Assembly: GCA_963733035.1 (NCBI GenBank)
Contig: CAVTBU010000005.1
Span: 128,001-192,000, forward strand
Reading direction: 5' to 3'
Source: Pirellulales bacterium
GTDB lineage: Bacteria; Planctomycetota; Planctomycetia; Pirellulales; PALSA-1355
DNA length: 64,000 nucleotides
Part shown: positions 31,720-42,629 of the stretch, piece after piece
Layout: each line of letters begins with the position of its first letter
Numbering within the stretch: the stretch's first letter is position 1
Position numbers and translations under genes: made by a program
Notes under the pieces: model-generated
The model's database searches: none
What the model was told of the DNA's origin: nothing
What the model saw: the letters and a program-made list of their open reading frames with translations, nothing else

Positions 31720-32598
31720 ACCAGCGCGAAAAACTCCTGGCGGCTGTCGTTGGGTCGGTTGCCGTCTTGTACGGGGGGAATTGGCTCTATCAAGCAAACT
31801 ATGTCGAACCGCTGCGCGCGCGAAGCCGATATTGACCGGCTCCGCGGCGACATCTCCAAACGCGAGCTCGAGATGGCTCGCTTTCGCAAGGCGAACCTGC
31901 GCCTCAAACGATGGCAGGCACAAAGTCTCCCCTCCGATCCGGAGATCGCCCGCAGTCTGTATCAGGCCTGGCTCGTGGGCCTCGTCAGCAGATCGCAATT
32001 CGTCTCACCCAACGTCGACTCCAGCGAGCCGATAACTCGCAAGGGTCTTTACACGTCGCTAAGGTTTTCGGTGCGCGGCCGCGGCACTCCAGAACAGTTG
32101 ACGCGGTTCCTATACGAGTTCTACCGAGCGGATCATCTGCACCAGATCGAATCGCTCAACCTCACACCGGTGCCCAAGAGCGATGAGTTGGACATTGCGC
32201 TTTCGCTTGAAGCCCTGTCGCTGCCTAACGGAGAGCGGAAGGATAAACTCTCGACCCGGGTTTCCGATCGGTTGGCCTCAAACCAGTTGTCTGACTACGG
32301 TGCCATCATGGAACGAAATTTGTTCGGCATTGGCGGCGGCAGCCTGGATGCAGCCGATTTCGCCTATCTGACCGCCATTACCGAAGTTGACGGTGAGGCG
32401 GAGGCCTGGTTCACTCTGCGAGCTTCCGGTGAACTGCTGAAGTTGCGCAACGGGCAGTCATTCCACATCGGCGCGCTCTCGGGCAACGTCATCGAGATCA
32501 CCGACGCCGACGTGATTCTGGATTGCGAAAACGAGCGTTGGCTGGTTGGCGTGGGCGAAAGTCTGATGCAAGCCAGCACGCTGCCTCCTGAATTCTGA
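31716..32598 (+). CDS. GspM/PilO-like protein with C-terminal GspC-HR/PilP-like domain; frameshifted near 31818
   Basis: ATGA-coupled start MNQREKLLAAVVGSVAVLYGGNWLY; joins ORF 31750-32598 (RGTPEQLTRFLYEFY...HQIESLNL; ERNLF...LTAIT...EAWF...GQSF...VIEI...VIL). Confidence 0.7.
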
Positions 32599-32811
32599 TT
32601 GTGCTCAGAGTCGGTGACATCGCCACGCGACTTTTCCGCGTTACCGAGCGGCGATTCCTGACCGCCCAGCCAACCCCAGCCCTCCAGCCTGACACGCATC
32701 AACATTGATTGGTATTGGCGGTCAGGGCTCGCTTGGGTATTCTCCGGCCGCATTTCTCAGCCGCAAGAGCCCGCCTTCAGCGTGGTTCACAACGTTCGAC
32801 AAGTCCTCTCT

Positions 32812-35800
32812 ATGAAGCAGTTTCGGCTACCGACATATCCTCTGCGCGCGGCGCGCGCTCGTATTTGCTCTGTTGTCTAGGGCTTACGATCGCGTTGTTG
32901 GGAGCGGTTGCCTGGTCGCGGGGCCAAACTCCGCCCGACGCCTACGCGACCTATGCGCTCGCTAACGCCACGGCCGACGACGCCGGCCAGCAGATCGAGG
33001 CCGCCCTCAAGGGAACGGCGCAGGTGGTCGCCGATCGCCGCAACAATCGCGTTTACGTACGAGGCGGCGCCGAAGCGCAACGTATCGCCCAACAGGTCAT
33101 CGCGCAGCTCGACAGGCGACCGCAACGGCTGGCCGCCGCAACGTCTAGCGTGTTGACATCGGCAGCCGCTCGGGGACCAGTCGCCGGTTCTGCGCAACCC
33201 CCAACGGCGCCGCAAGTGGCGACCGTTTCACGAAGGTTGACTGTCAATTGGCCGCCGAATCAGGTCGAGCCGGAACTATCGCGTCTGTTCGGATCGCGGC
33301 TGTCGGCGCGGCACCACAAAATGCAAGCGAAGCCGCATTTATGGTGGCTTCACGTTCGGGACAGATCGCGGCAATGCGCGTCGATCCGTCCCAACATAGC
33401 GTGTTGTTCTCGGGCCCGGAACCGTTCGTATCACAAGTCCTGCGACTGGTTGCGGCCCAGGACGCGTCGCGTCGGCGATCTGCACAAGCGGTGCGGGCCG
33501 TGCCTCTCCGCAAGTCCGATCCACGGAAGGTCGAACGTGTCGTGGAAATCTTTCGCCAAGGAAACCGAGGCAATCCCACGGCCGCCGCCGGGCAGCTCGC
33601 TCAAGTGGCACCCCAACAGCCCGCGGCAAATCCACCAGCCGCCAGTTCGGAAGCTGAGGAAGGTCCGCAGAGGACCGACGCGGAACAAACGAACCAGAGG
33701 CTGCGTGAACTGGGCCTCGATCTGAATATCGAGGTTTTGCCGGACTTGGACGCGATTATCCTTCGCGGCAACAACCGCGACGTAAACGAAGTGCTGCGAA
33801 TCATCGAAGACATTGAACGGATCAGCGCCGAAGCGGTTCCTGAGGTCGAGGTAGTGCCGCTCCAACACGCTTCGTCCGAGGCGATGGCCCCTCTGTTGAC
33901 CACCATCGAACCAGACCTCGTCGCCGGCCGTCCGGGCAAGGTGACCATCACTTCGCTCAATAAACCCAACGCACTGCTTCTGATCGGCCGTGCCGAGTCC
34001 GTCAAGGCCGTGCGCGAGCTAATCGCCAAGCTCGATCAACCGGTGCCACCCGGCACACAAGTAAGAGTCTTCCGCCTTCGTCACGCGCCCGCCGCTACCG
34101 CCGTGACGACCGTGCAGGAGTTTTTCTCAAAACGGACCGGTCTGGGTCCGCGACTAGTCGTGGCGGCCGACGTGCGGTCCAACTCCCTCATCATTCAAGC
34201 GGCGCCGCGCGATCTGGCCGAGATCGAACTGTTGGTAAAGCGAATCGATACGCCCGACAGCGCGTCGGTCAATCTGGTGCGAATTTTTAAGTTGAGAAAC
34301 TCGCTGGCCACCAACCTTGCGGCGTCGTTGGAATCGGCCATTCAACCCGCTCGCAGCGGCCAGGGCGGTACGGCAAATGCCAAGTCGTCGGGCCTGGAAT
34401 TCCTCACGATTGATCCTCGGGGCCAGCGAGTGATCAAATCGGGGATTCTCTCGGACGTCAAAATCACGCCCGACGTCAAAGCCAACTCTCTAATCGTTAC
34501 GGCGCCGGCACAGAGCATGGAATTGATGGCGGCACTGATTGCCCAGATGGACGACGACGCCGCGTCGGTAGCCCAGATTAAAGTCTTCCATGTCGTCAAT
34601 GGCGACGCTTCGAGCCTGGTGCTCATGTTACGGACCTTGTTGCCCCAGCAGGGAGTGACTGGGCAAGCGCCACTGCTGCCCCGCTCTGGAGACGAATCCA
34701 ACTTCGTGCCGCTTCGCTACTCGGTCGACCCTCGAACCAATAGCATCATCGCGGCCGGTTCGGCCGGCGATCTGGCCATTATCGAGGCTTTGCTGCTACG
34801 CCTCGACGAGAGCGATGTCGAACAGCGCAAGAACTCGGTCTACCAGCTCAAGAACGCGCCGGCACTCGATGTGGCCGACGCCATCAACCAGTTCTTGCGT
34901 ACTCAGCGCCAGGTCGAACAAGCCGCGCCAGGTGAAATGAGTCCGTTCCAACAGATTGAAAAGGAAGTGGTGGTCGTGCCCGAACCGGTGGGCAATTACC
35001 TCATCATTAGTGCGTCGCCGCGGTACTTTGACGACATCGTTGAACTCGTCGAGAAGATCGACGAACAGCCGCCTCAAGTGTTGATCCAGGTACTGATTGC
35101 CGAGGTGGCGCTTACCGAAGACACGCAATTTGGTGTCGAGTGGGGCCTCCAAGATGGCCTGTTGTTCGACCGCAGCTTACTGGGCAACTTATTGACGACG
35201 TCGACGAGCACCACCTTCGGCAATCCGCCCACGACCACGCAAACGCAAACAGTCGTTGGTGCGTCAAACGAGCCGGGTTTCAACTTCAACAGTGCGGATA
35301 TTGGCAACAGCGGTAGCGCGGCCAGCCTGGCTACCGCCGCCCAAACGGGCAAGCAGGCGTTGGCCAATTTTGCCATGGGCCGCACGGATACTTCTCTGGG
35401 CTTCGGCGGCCTGGTCCTGTCGGCAGGCAGCAAGAGCATCAACGTTCTGTTGCGAGCCTTGCAGCAAAACCAGCGACTCGAAGTGCTCAGTCGCCCGCAG
35501 GTAATGACGATCGACAATCAACCCGCCTTCATTCAGGTCGGCCAGAAGGTACCGCTGATCACCAACGTCATTGTCAACCAGATCGGTCAGACGAACACCG
35601 TGCAGATGTCGAACGTCGGCCTCATTCTCGGCGTGACGCCTCGCATCAGCCCTGACGGCATGGTCGTGATGGAAATTGACGCTGAGAAATCGGACGTCGC
35701 CCCCGAGATCGAAGGTATTCCGGTGTCAATCTCCGCCTCCGGCGCCGTCGTACGCGCCCCTCGAATCAACATCACCACGGCGCAGACCACCATCAGCACC

Positions 35801-36391
35801 GCCAGCGGCGAAACCATTGTGTTGGGCGGTCTGATCACCAAACGGCGAATGACGATTAATCGACGCGTTCCGTACTTGGCCGACGTACCGGTCTTGGGAT
35901 GGATGTTCCGGTTCGACCAGTTCGAAGCGCAGCGGACGGAACTCCTGATCGTTCTAACGCCGCACGTCGTGCGGAATGCCGCCGACGCCGAGCGACTGCG
36001 CCAAATCGAAGCCGCGCGCATGCACTGGTGTGCCGCCGACGTTCATGAGATCCACGGCGACCCCGCCTTCTGCCGGCGAGGCGACTGCCCCGTTTGCGAT
36101 GCTCAGATGCCGGTCGTGTATCCAGATCTCGACCCCAGCGGAATGTCGCCAAACCAGATCATGGATATGGAGGAACTCGGTCCGGGCGAAGTCATCGAGG
36201 GACCATCAATCTTGCCCGGGCCTGACGATCCTCAGGGAAGCACGGCACCCAGCGACAAGCAGCGCAAGTGGAGCTTAGCGCGGCTGTTGCCTCAGTTCGA
36301 CGCGGCCAAGTCCACCTCCACCCCTGCGACCGCCGACCAAGTGCCCAAGCGACAGTCCATTCCGGCCAGCGCAGGCGAGTCCATTCAGTAG
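32812..36391 (+). CDS. gspD: Secretin GspD with extended N-domain array; frameshifted near 33308, start uncertain
   Basis: ~8 N-repeats, then PPQVLIQVLIAEV, VLSRPQVMTIDNQPAFIQVGQKVP, VGLILGVTPRI, GETIVLGGLI, VPYLADVPVLGWMF, RTELLIVLTPHVV; signal-like segment in ORF 32709. Confidence 0.88.
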
Positions 36392-36413
36392 TAGTAACCC
36401 TGATACGCACGCA

Positions 36414-37499
36414 ATGTCAAAGCGGAAACGGAACAACTGGATGGCTTGGTTAGCCCCCTTGGCTGGCCTCGTGAGCGGCTGCGCCACGATCGATCTTCCG
36501 AAGAAACTCGATTTCGCGGCTGCGGCCAACAAAGCCGAAGCACCGGCGCGGATGACGGCGCTATGGACGGATACCGTGTTGGTCGAGGCGGGTGTGGTGG
36601 GATTTGGCGGACGCGTCATGTTCTATGGGCGAGGAGACGAGGACCCGATTCGTGTCGAGGGCGAACTGACGGTGTTTGCCTACGACGACACGGACAGCGT
36701 CCGTGAGGACGCCGTACCGGCGCGCAAGTATGTGTTTCGCGCGGAGGAACTCGCCGGCCACTACAGCGAGTCAAAGCTTGGCCACTCCTACAGCTTCTGG
36801 ATTCCTTGGGATCGCGTGGGCGGCCCTCGGCGACAGGTCAGCCTGATCGCGCGATTCAAGAGCGCCCAGGGGGGCGTGGTGATGTCCGAGATGACGCGCC
36901 ACCTGCTGCCGGGATCCGACCCATCGAACACGCCCCTGGCAAACCACAATCACTCGCCGAAACGGAACACGTCGGTGTCACAAGCCACACACCAATCCCC
37001 GCTCCCCTCGAGCGTGCCGGAAATCGCCGACCATTCCAATAGCATGCAAACGACGACGATTCCCCTGAATGATGCATTGGGTGCTGCCGCGGCACGGAGT
37101 CAAGCACCAGAAGAACAGCTCGTTGACAGCGCCGCCCTGGCATACCCGACACCACCGCCGCCAAACGGAAATTCAGGCTCTCAAACCACACCGGTCAGCT
37201 CAGCCGCTAGTTCGATGGAACCAGACGAGATTCGGGCAATGGTTCGGGACGCGGTACAGGAAGCTCTGGCCGCAAACCAGGCGGAGCAACCTGTAGATCG
37301 TTTTGGACGTCGGAAATACCGGGCTCGAATAGCACCAAAGCTTCCGCCAGCTCGCGATCCCGCTCCGACGCAACTACCCCTCGGAGCACGGCAGTTCTCG
37401 TCTCCAACGACACCTCAAGGGGCGCTACCCACCGAATTGGCGCCCGCGTCAAGTGGCGCTCTACCGCAGTCACAACGGCTACCGGCTGGGGGCCCATAA
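36414..37499 (+). CDS. Lipoprotein downstream of the secretin (pilotin/accessory candidate)
   Basis: Lipobox LVSG|C; folded core GFGGRVMFY...VEGELTVFAYD...KYVF...KLGHSYSFWIPWD; low-complexity tail. Confidence 0.75.
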   Translation: MSKRKRNNWMAWLAPLAGLVSGCATIDLPKKLDFAAAANKAEAPARMTALWTDTVLVEAGVVGFGGRVMFYGRGDEDPIRVEGELTVFAYDDTDSVREDAVPARKYVFRAEELAGHYSESKLGHSYSFWIPWDRVGGPRRQVSLIARFKSAQGGVVMSEMTRHLLPGSDPSNTPLANHNHSPKRNTSVSQATHQSPLPSSVPEIADHSNSMQTTTIPLNDALGAAAARSQAPEEQLVDSAALAYPTPPPPNGNSGSQTTPVSSAASSMEPDEIRAMVRDAVQEALAANQAEQPVDRFGRRKYRARIAPKLPPARDPAPTQLPLGARQFSSPTTPQGALPTELAPASSGALPQSQRLPAGGP

Positions 37500-37901
37500 G
37501 TTCGGGGCCAAGCACCAGCTTCGGCGGATAGGGTTGATTGGCCGAATTGGTGTCATTCGGTTCGCGATTGACTTCAGGAAGCACCGGCTCGCGGACCGAA
37601 GCGGCGGCCGGGGGCTGGCGACGTAGCCGAGCCTGATTCACGCCGGTAAACCCGCGCCATCTCCCGAATCGGTGCCGACGAAATCCGTCGGCCGGCGATT
37701 GCCACGCAAGAAACGCTCTGTGCCCGTCAGCGAGCCGCTGTTTTGGATCATCCCTTCCGCCGGGTTGCTGACCGCGCCGGGCGTCTGTTGCCGCGACAAG
37801 AACCCCCCAATCTCGCGTTGTCCAAACATCTGTGCATTGGCACGCGCGGAAGTCACGAGCAGCGCGGTCGCCAACGCCAATGCGAAACGGACACGTGGCA
37901 C
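37207..37901 (-). CDS. Secreted BON-domain protein; frameshifted near 37655
   Basis: GGAG + GTG start, signal peptide ...SARANA|QMFG in ORF 37638-38090; joins ORF 37207-37641 with BON motif TAVLRGVVASERDRELAEALVLFEPGISDVQNDLQV. Confidence 0.75.
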
Positions 37902-38253
37902 GAGAATCTTCTCCGAGGCGGGCTGGGCGGGCGGTTTCTTTGAGATCGACCTGCCACCCAGCATATCATAAACCACGTCCGCGGGGTGGGGTGCATGCAG
38001 CCTATTCCTCGCTGTTTTCGCAAGATAGCCACTCCAGGTGAATTGCTTGATTTCCCCAGGGCAACGCCCGCCGGAATCGCAATTCGACAATCTGACGGCC
38101 CCAGCAATCCCGAGCTAGGAATTCTAGGCAAATTGCGGCACCCATAACGGTTCAACAGACGTTTATGCAAACGTCGACCGTAATGGTCGAATCTATCAGT
38201 GGGTGTGAACCGATTGTAACGTCGCCCTTTGCGTTGCCGACCTGGGACGAAGC

Positions 38254-39360
38254 ATGCCACGTGTTGTCTTTGTTGTTGCATTGCTAGCGGTCTCGTGCCG
38301 CTTGGCGCTGGCCCAAGAGGTGGTCAACGACGGCTACCCCGTCTCGAGCCTGAGAATTCCGGGCACGGATCCGTTTGGGCTGATGTGGCCGTGCATCGAG
38401 CCGTTTGTGTTTCAATCGCCGCTCAAGACCACCTATTTCACGGCCGACATGGTCGCGTTTCGCCGCGACTGGCAAGCCTCGCAAACTTTTGCCACGCTCG
38501 ATACATCCACCAATGCCGTGTTGGGAACGCACGACCTGCCGTTTGTCTTCCAGCCAGGTATGCGCCTGCTGGCGGGACGACGATTCAATGATTGGTTCGC
38601 GCTGGAAGCCAGCTACATCGGCCTGCTGGACTGGAATGAGTCGCGGTCGGTACGTGATTCGACCAGCAACGCCCTCGGCACAACCGGAAACTTGTTTTCG
38701 CCATTCTCGAATTTTGGCGATCCACCGATCGTGGGCTTCGACTACAACTATTTTGCCTCGATCCATGTCGTTTCGACGTTCAACAACGCGGAACTCAACC
38801 TGCGGCAGCGACTGGCGACTCCACCCTCCTGCTTACAAGCCACGGCCATTTGGGGCCTGCGCTACATAAATATCCAGGACCGGTTCTCATACCGCACTCA
38901 GTCGTTCGAACCGGCGCCAGGGGGCACCAATACGGCCATCGACGTGCAAGCCCGCAACAACCTGTTCGGCGTTCAAGTCGGCGGAACGGTGGAATTTCAA
39001 GTTGAGCGTCGCTGTTGGCTCATGTTTGAGGCAAAGGGAATGCTGATGGCAAACTCAGCAAGCCAGCAGACCTCGTACACCGCCGGCACCTTGGCGGGTG
39101 CCGGGTCGACCGTGACGGGTAGCCGCTCTCAGGGACGCGCCATGTTGGGCGCCGATTTGGCTGCGACGCTGGAATGGAAAATTCTGCCGGGGCTGATTGC
39201 ACGCTTCGGATACCAGGGTATCTTTCTCGACGGCCTGGCGTTGGGCTCCAACAATTTCCTCCGCAACCTGGCCGACATGGCCATCAATCCGAATCAACTC
39301 TCCGAGAACGGCCACCTCGCTTATCAAGGGCCTTTCGCAGGCGTCACGTTGACTTGGTAG
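38254..39360 (+). CDS. Outer-membrane beta-barrel, planctomycete BBP7-like
   Basis: Signal peptide; PGMRLLAG, NNAELN, GLRYI, NNLFGVQVG, RFGYQ; C-terminal beta-signal GPFAGVTLTW. Confidence 0.75.
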   Translation: MPRVVFVVALLAVSCRLALAQEVVNDGYPVSSLRIPGTDPFGLMWPCIEPFVFQSPLKTTYFTADMVAFRRDWQASQTFATLDTSTNAVLGTHDLPFVFQPGMRLLAGRRFNDWFALEASYIGLLDWNESRSVRDSTSNALGTTGNLFSPFSNFGDPPIVGFDYNYFASIHVVSTFNNAELNLRQRLATPPSCLQATAIWGLRYINIQDRFSYRTQSFEPAPGGTNTAIDVQARNNLFGVQVGGTVEFQVERRCWLMFEAKGMLMANSASQQTSYTAGTLAGAGSTVTGSRSQGRAMLGADLAATLEWKILPGLIARFGYQGIFLDGLALGSNNFLRNLADMAINPNQLSENGHLAYQGPFAGVTLTW

Positions 39361-39800
39361 TGAGATTCGCCTTGCCTGCGGCACTTCCCCGCGGGTTGCA
39401 CGCGCATCCCGGATCGCATCCGTGCCTTCAACCCCTGCTGCCGCAACGGCAGTGGCCTGTCGCGCTGCGGTCTCGTCGACTCCACATGGACACGTTCGGC
39501 CTGTCGGTAGCTGGGCCGTGCAGTTCGCATGAGCACGCCGACGCCCGTGAAAGTTGATACTCCTCAGCGTGCGTCGATCGAGTTCGTCAACGAACATGAC
39601 GGCGATTTCCAAGATTGCATCGCCGCTCTACGATTGGTCGGGTTGAGCCGCTTCAAAAAATGTCTTTGGTGTAGGGGCGGCTCGTTTTTTGCCCCCCCAT
39701 CTTGATTGCTGATACCAACCCAATTAGTCTATGACAGGAATTGAGCGACCTCGCGGCAGGGGCAAGCCGCCGACCATCGACCTCGCTCGAGGCAAGCCGC

Positions 39801-41622
39801 GTGAGAGAAAACGTTCTCGGCATCTCCGCTTATTATCACGACGCGGCCGCAGCCTTGGTGTGTGGTGGTGAAATTATCGCTGCTGCGCAGGAAGAGCGAT
39901 TTTCTCGCAAGAAACATGACCCGCGCTTCCCCAAACGGGCAATCAACTATTGCCTAGGGGAAGCGTTTGTCGACCCCTCCGAGCTAGCCGCCGTCGTCTT
40001 CTACGATAACCCCTTGCTCACTTTTGACCGTATCGCCAAGAACGCGGTCAGTGTCGCCCCGAGTGGTCGCGATCAATTCGTCGAGGCCTGTCGCGCCTTC
40101 TTGGGCACGAAAGTCCGCATTCTGGACGAGCTCGAGGAAATCCTCGGCCAACGTCCAAATTTGCTCGTTACACATCACCACATGGCCCACGCCGCCAGCT
40201 GCTTCTACCCGTCCCCGTTCGAGGAGGCCGCGATCCTCACGGTCGACGGCGTGGGCGAATGGGCCACCTGTTCACTCGGTTACGGCAAGGGGAACCAAAT
40301 CAGCCTCTTGCACGAAATCCATTACCCCCATTCGCTGGGCCTGCTTTACAGCGCGTTTACCTACCACTGCGGGTTCAAGGTGAACTCAGGCGAATACAAG
40401 TTGATGGGACTTGCGCCATACGGAGAACCGAGATACGCCGATCTGATTCGCGAAAAGCTCATCGATGTGCGCGACGACGGTTCGTTTCGCCTCGACACGA
40501 GCTATTTCGGCTACCTCGAAAAACAACGGATGACCAACGACCGCTTTGACGAACTTTTCGGCCCGCCGCGCAAACCGGAAACGCCAATCACACGGTATCA
40601 GATGGACCTGGCCGCGTCGGTCCAACAGGTCACCGAAGAGGTGATGCTCAAGCTCGTGGCTCACGTTACTGAACTAACCGGCACGAAGAACGTCGTGATG
40701 GCGGGCGGCGTGGCACTCAATTGCGTCGCCAACGGACGCGTGTGGCGCGAGTCTGGGCTGGATGGTCTATTCATCCAGCCAGCGGCGGGCGATGCTGGTG
40801 GTGCCCTTGGGGCGGCACTCCTGGTCGCGCATCAACTATTGGGTGCTCCTCGCACCGTGAACGGCGGCGATACCCTCCGTGGAAGTTACCTCGGTCCAGC
40901 GTTCGGTTCACACGAAGTTGAGGCGTTTCTCGATCGCCAGGCCGCACCACATACTCGCGTGCGTGATGCGGAAAAGCGTGCCGGTGTCATCGCCGACGCG
41001 CTGGCCGATGGAAAGGTCGTCGGGCTCTTTAGCGGACGTATGGAATTCGGCCCGCGAGCGCTGCGCCCGTTCCATCCTTGGTGATCCGCGCCGCGCTGAC
41101 ACGCAAACGACGATGAACCTCAAGATCAAGTATCGCGAAAGCTTTCGTCCGTTTGCCCCGGCCGTGCTCGCCGACCAGGCGGACGATTTCTTCGAACTCG
41201 ACGGAGACAGCCCCTACATGCTGCTCGTCGCGCAAGTTAAGCGAGAGCGTCAGCTCCCCATGGACAGGTCGGTTCACGACAGCGACGACATGCTGGAAAT
41301 CGTCAGCCAGCCGAGGAGTGATGTGCCGGCCATCACGCACGTCGACTACAGCGCCCGTGTTCAGACCGTCAAGGAGGATGATTCGCCTGAGTTGCACCGA
41401 GTTCTCCGCGCGTTTCACGACAAGACAGGCTGCCCGATTGTCGTCAACACGTCGTTCAACGTGCGCGGCGAGCCCATCGTTTGTTCGCCGCAAGACGCCT
41501 ATCGCTGCTTCATGCGTACGGATATGGATCTGCTTGTGCTCGAAGACTGTCTCATCTGGAAAAACGAACAACTCGCGACCAAGAGCGACGAGAAGTGGAG
41601 GACGACCATTGAACTCGACTGA
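39801..41622 (+). CDS. O-carbamoyltransferase, NodU/CmcH/TobZ family; frameshifted near 41063
   Basis: LGISAYYHDAAAAL, AAAQEERFSRKKHD, HHMAHAAS, DGVGEW, GEYKLMGLAPYG, AGGVALNCVAN, RMEFGPRAL[G]ARSILGDPR, KYRESFRPFAP, NTSFNVRGEPIV. Confidence 0.93.
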
Positions 41623-41974
41623 CAAAGACCCTCGCAAACTCGCGGGCGCGCTTTTCGACGAAGTGATCGCCCCGCTCGCTGCGGCTCGCAAGGCCGCAAG
41701 CAATCCGCCGTATTTTGCCGCGGCGGCGGACATGACCCTTGCGAGCTATTACCAAGAGCCGATCGTCAGCGAATTGCAGGCGGCCGACTATCAATTCCCG
41801 GGCGGCGGTTCGGCCGACGGATTCATTGACGCCTTGGCGGCCCACTGGCTGGCCCAGGGCGAAACCGAACTGGCGGCCATGGCGCCGCGGTTGAAAGAGA
41901 TTGCCGCGGAATTGAAACGGGAAGCATCCCAAGGCGATGGCACGATCAGCGCACTTTGCTACACGATGTTCTAA
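41609..41974 (+). CDS. Small hypothetical protein with C-terminal YTMF motif
   Basis: GGAGG RBS + TTG overlapping the carbamoyltransferase end; 121 aa, helical, ends GTISALCYTMF. Confidence 0.7.
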   Translation: MNSTDKDPRKLAGALFDEVIAPLAAARKAASNPPYFAAAADMTLASYYQEPIVSELQAADYQFPGGGSADGFIDALAAHWLAQGETELAAMAPRLKEIAAELKREASQGDGTISALCYTMF

Positions 41975-42032
41975 GCCAAGATGGCCGCCGAGGTCGGTCG
42001 TTGGCCTCCCAGGTCCGAAAGCAGGACGAACC

Positions 42033-42590
42033 ATGAGTACCACCGATTCGCTGCATGAACAGATTGAACAGGACATTTGGAATTGGATCAACGAGTTCGT
42101 CACCGCATCGAACGAGTTTTACAAATTCAAATTCGCGCCCTGCCCCTATGCCCGGACGGCCGTCTTGCAAAACAAAGTCGACGTGAAAATCTGGGAATCC
42201 GGAGATATTCGCCAATTCATTCGCGAGGGTGCGGTCGACATGCGCGAGTCGCCGCAGTTGACCACGCGAGTCATGACATTCCCGCCGAAAACGCGTTTCC
42301 TGTGGGGAATCAATGACTACGTCGAACAACTCAACGTCGAGTTGGTCCCGACCAATGTATTCCTCAATACAGGCGTGGCCAGGACCACGCAAAGCCGCTA
42401 TTCCGGGTCGACCGACCCGTACTTCATCGTGATTGCCAATAGCCTGGCGGCCGTGTTGGCGGGAGCCGAATCGCTCGCGAAATCCGACTATTACCAGGAT
42501 TGGCCCGCCGATCATTACGCCCACGTGGTCGAGCGGCGAGCACGCATGGCTAAGCATTTCGGAATCAAGCCCGAACTTCCGCCACAGTAG
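42033..42590 (+). CDS. Hypothetical protein with PCPYA motif (DUF1415-like)
   Basis: AGGA RBS; DIWNWINEFV...FAPCPYARTA resembles the CP(F/Y)A motif of DUF1415-type proteins. Confidence 0.6.
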   Translation: MSTTDSLHEQIEQDIWNWINEFVTASNEFYKFKFAPCPYARTAVLQNKVDVKIWESGDIRQFIREGAVDMRESPQLTTRVMTFPPKTRFLWGINDYVEQLNVELVPTNVFLNTGVARTTQSRYSGSTDPYFIVIANSLAAVLAGAESLAKSDYYQDWPADHYAHVVERRARMAKHFGIKPELPPQ

Positions 42591-42629
42591 CGCGTTTCCA
42601 CTCGCATTGACTCTCAGAGGCGTACCTCC

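Noticed and set aside
22701..36391. Retractile type IVa pilus
   Set aside because: No PilT/PilU in the window; GspG- and GspK-type signatures indicate a T2SS-like pseudopilus
39361..39800. Possible riboswitch, terminator or remnant upstream of the carbamoyltransferase
   Set aside because: Only a weak GGGGC/GCCCC hairpin near 39675-39697; no recognisable family; an Rfam search would be needed
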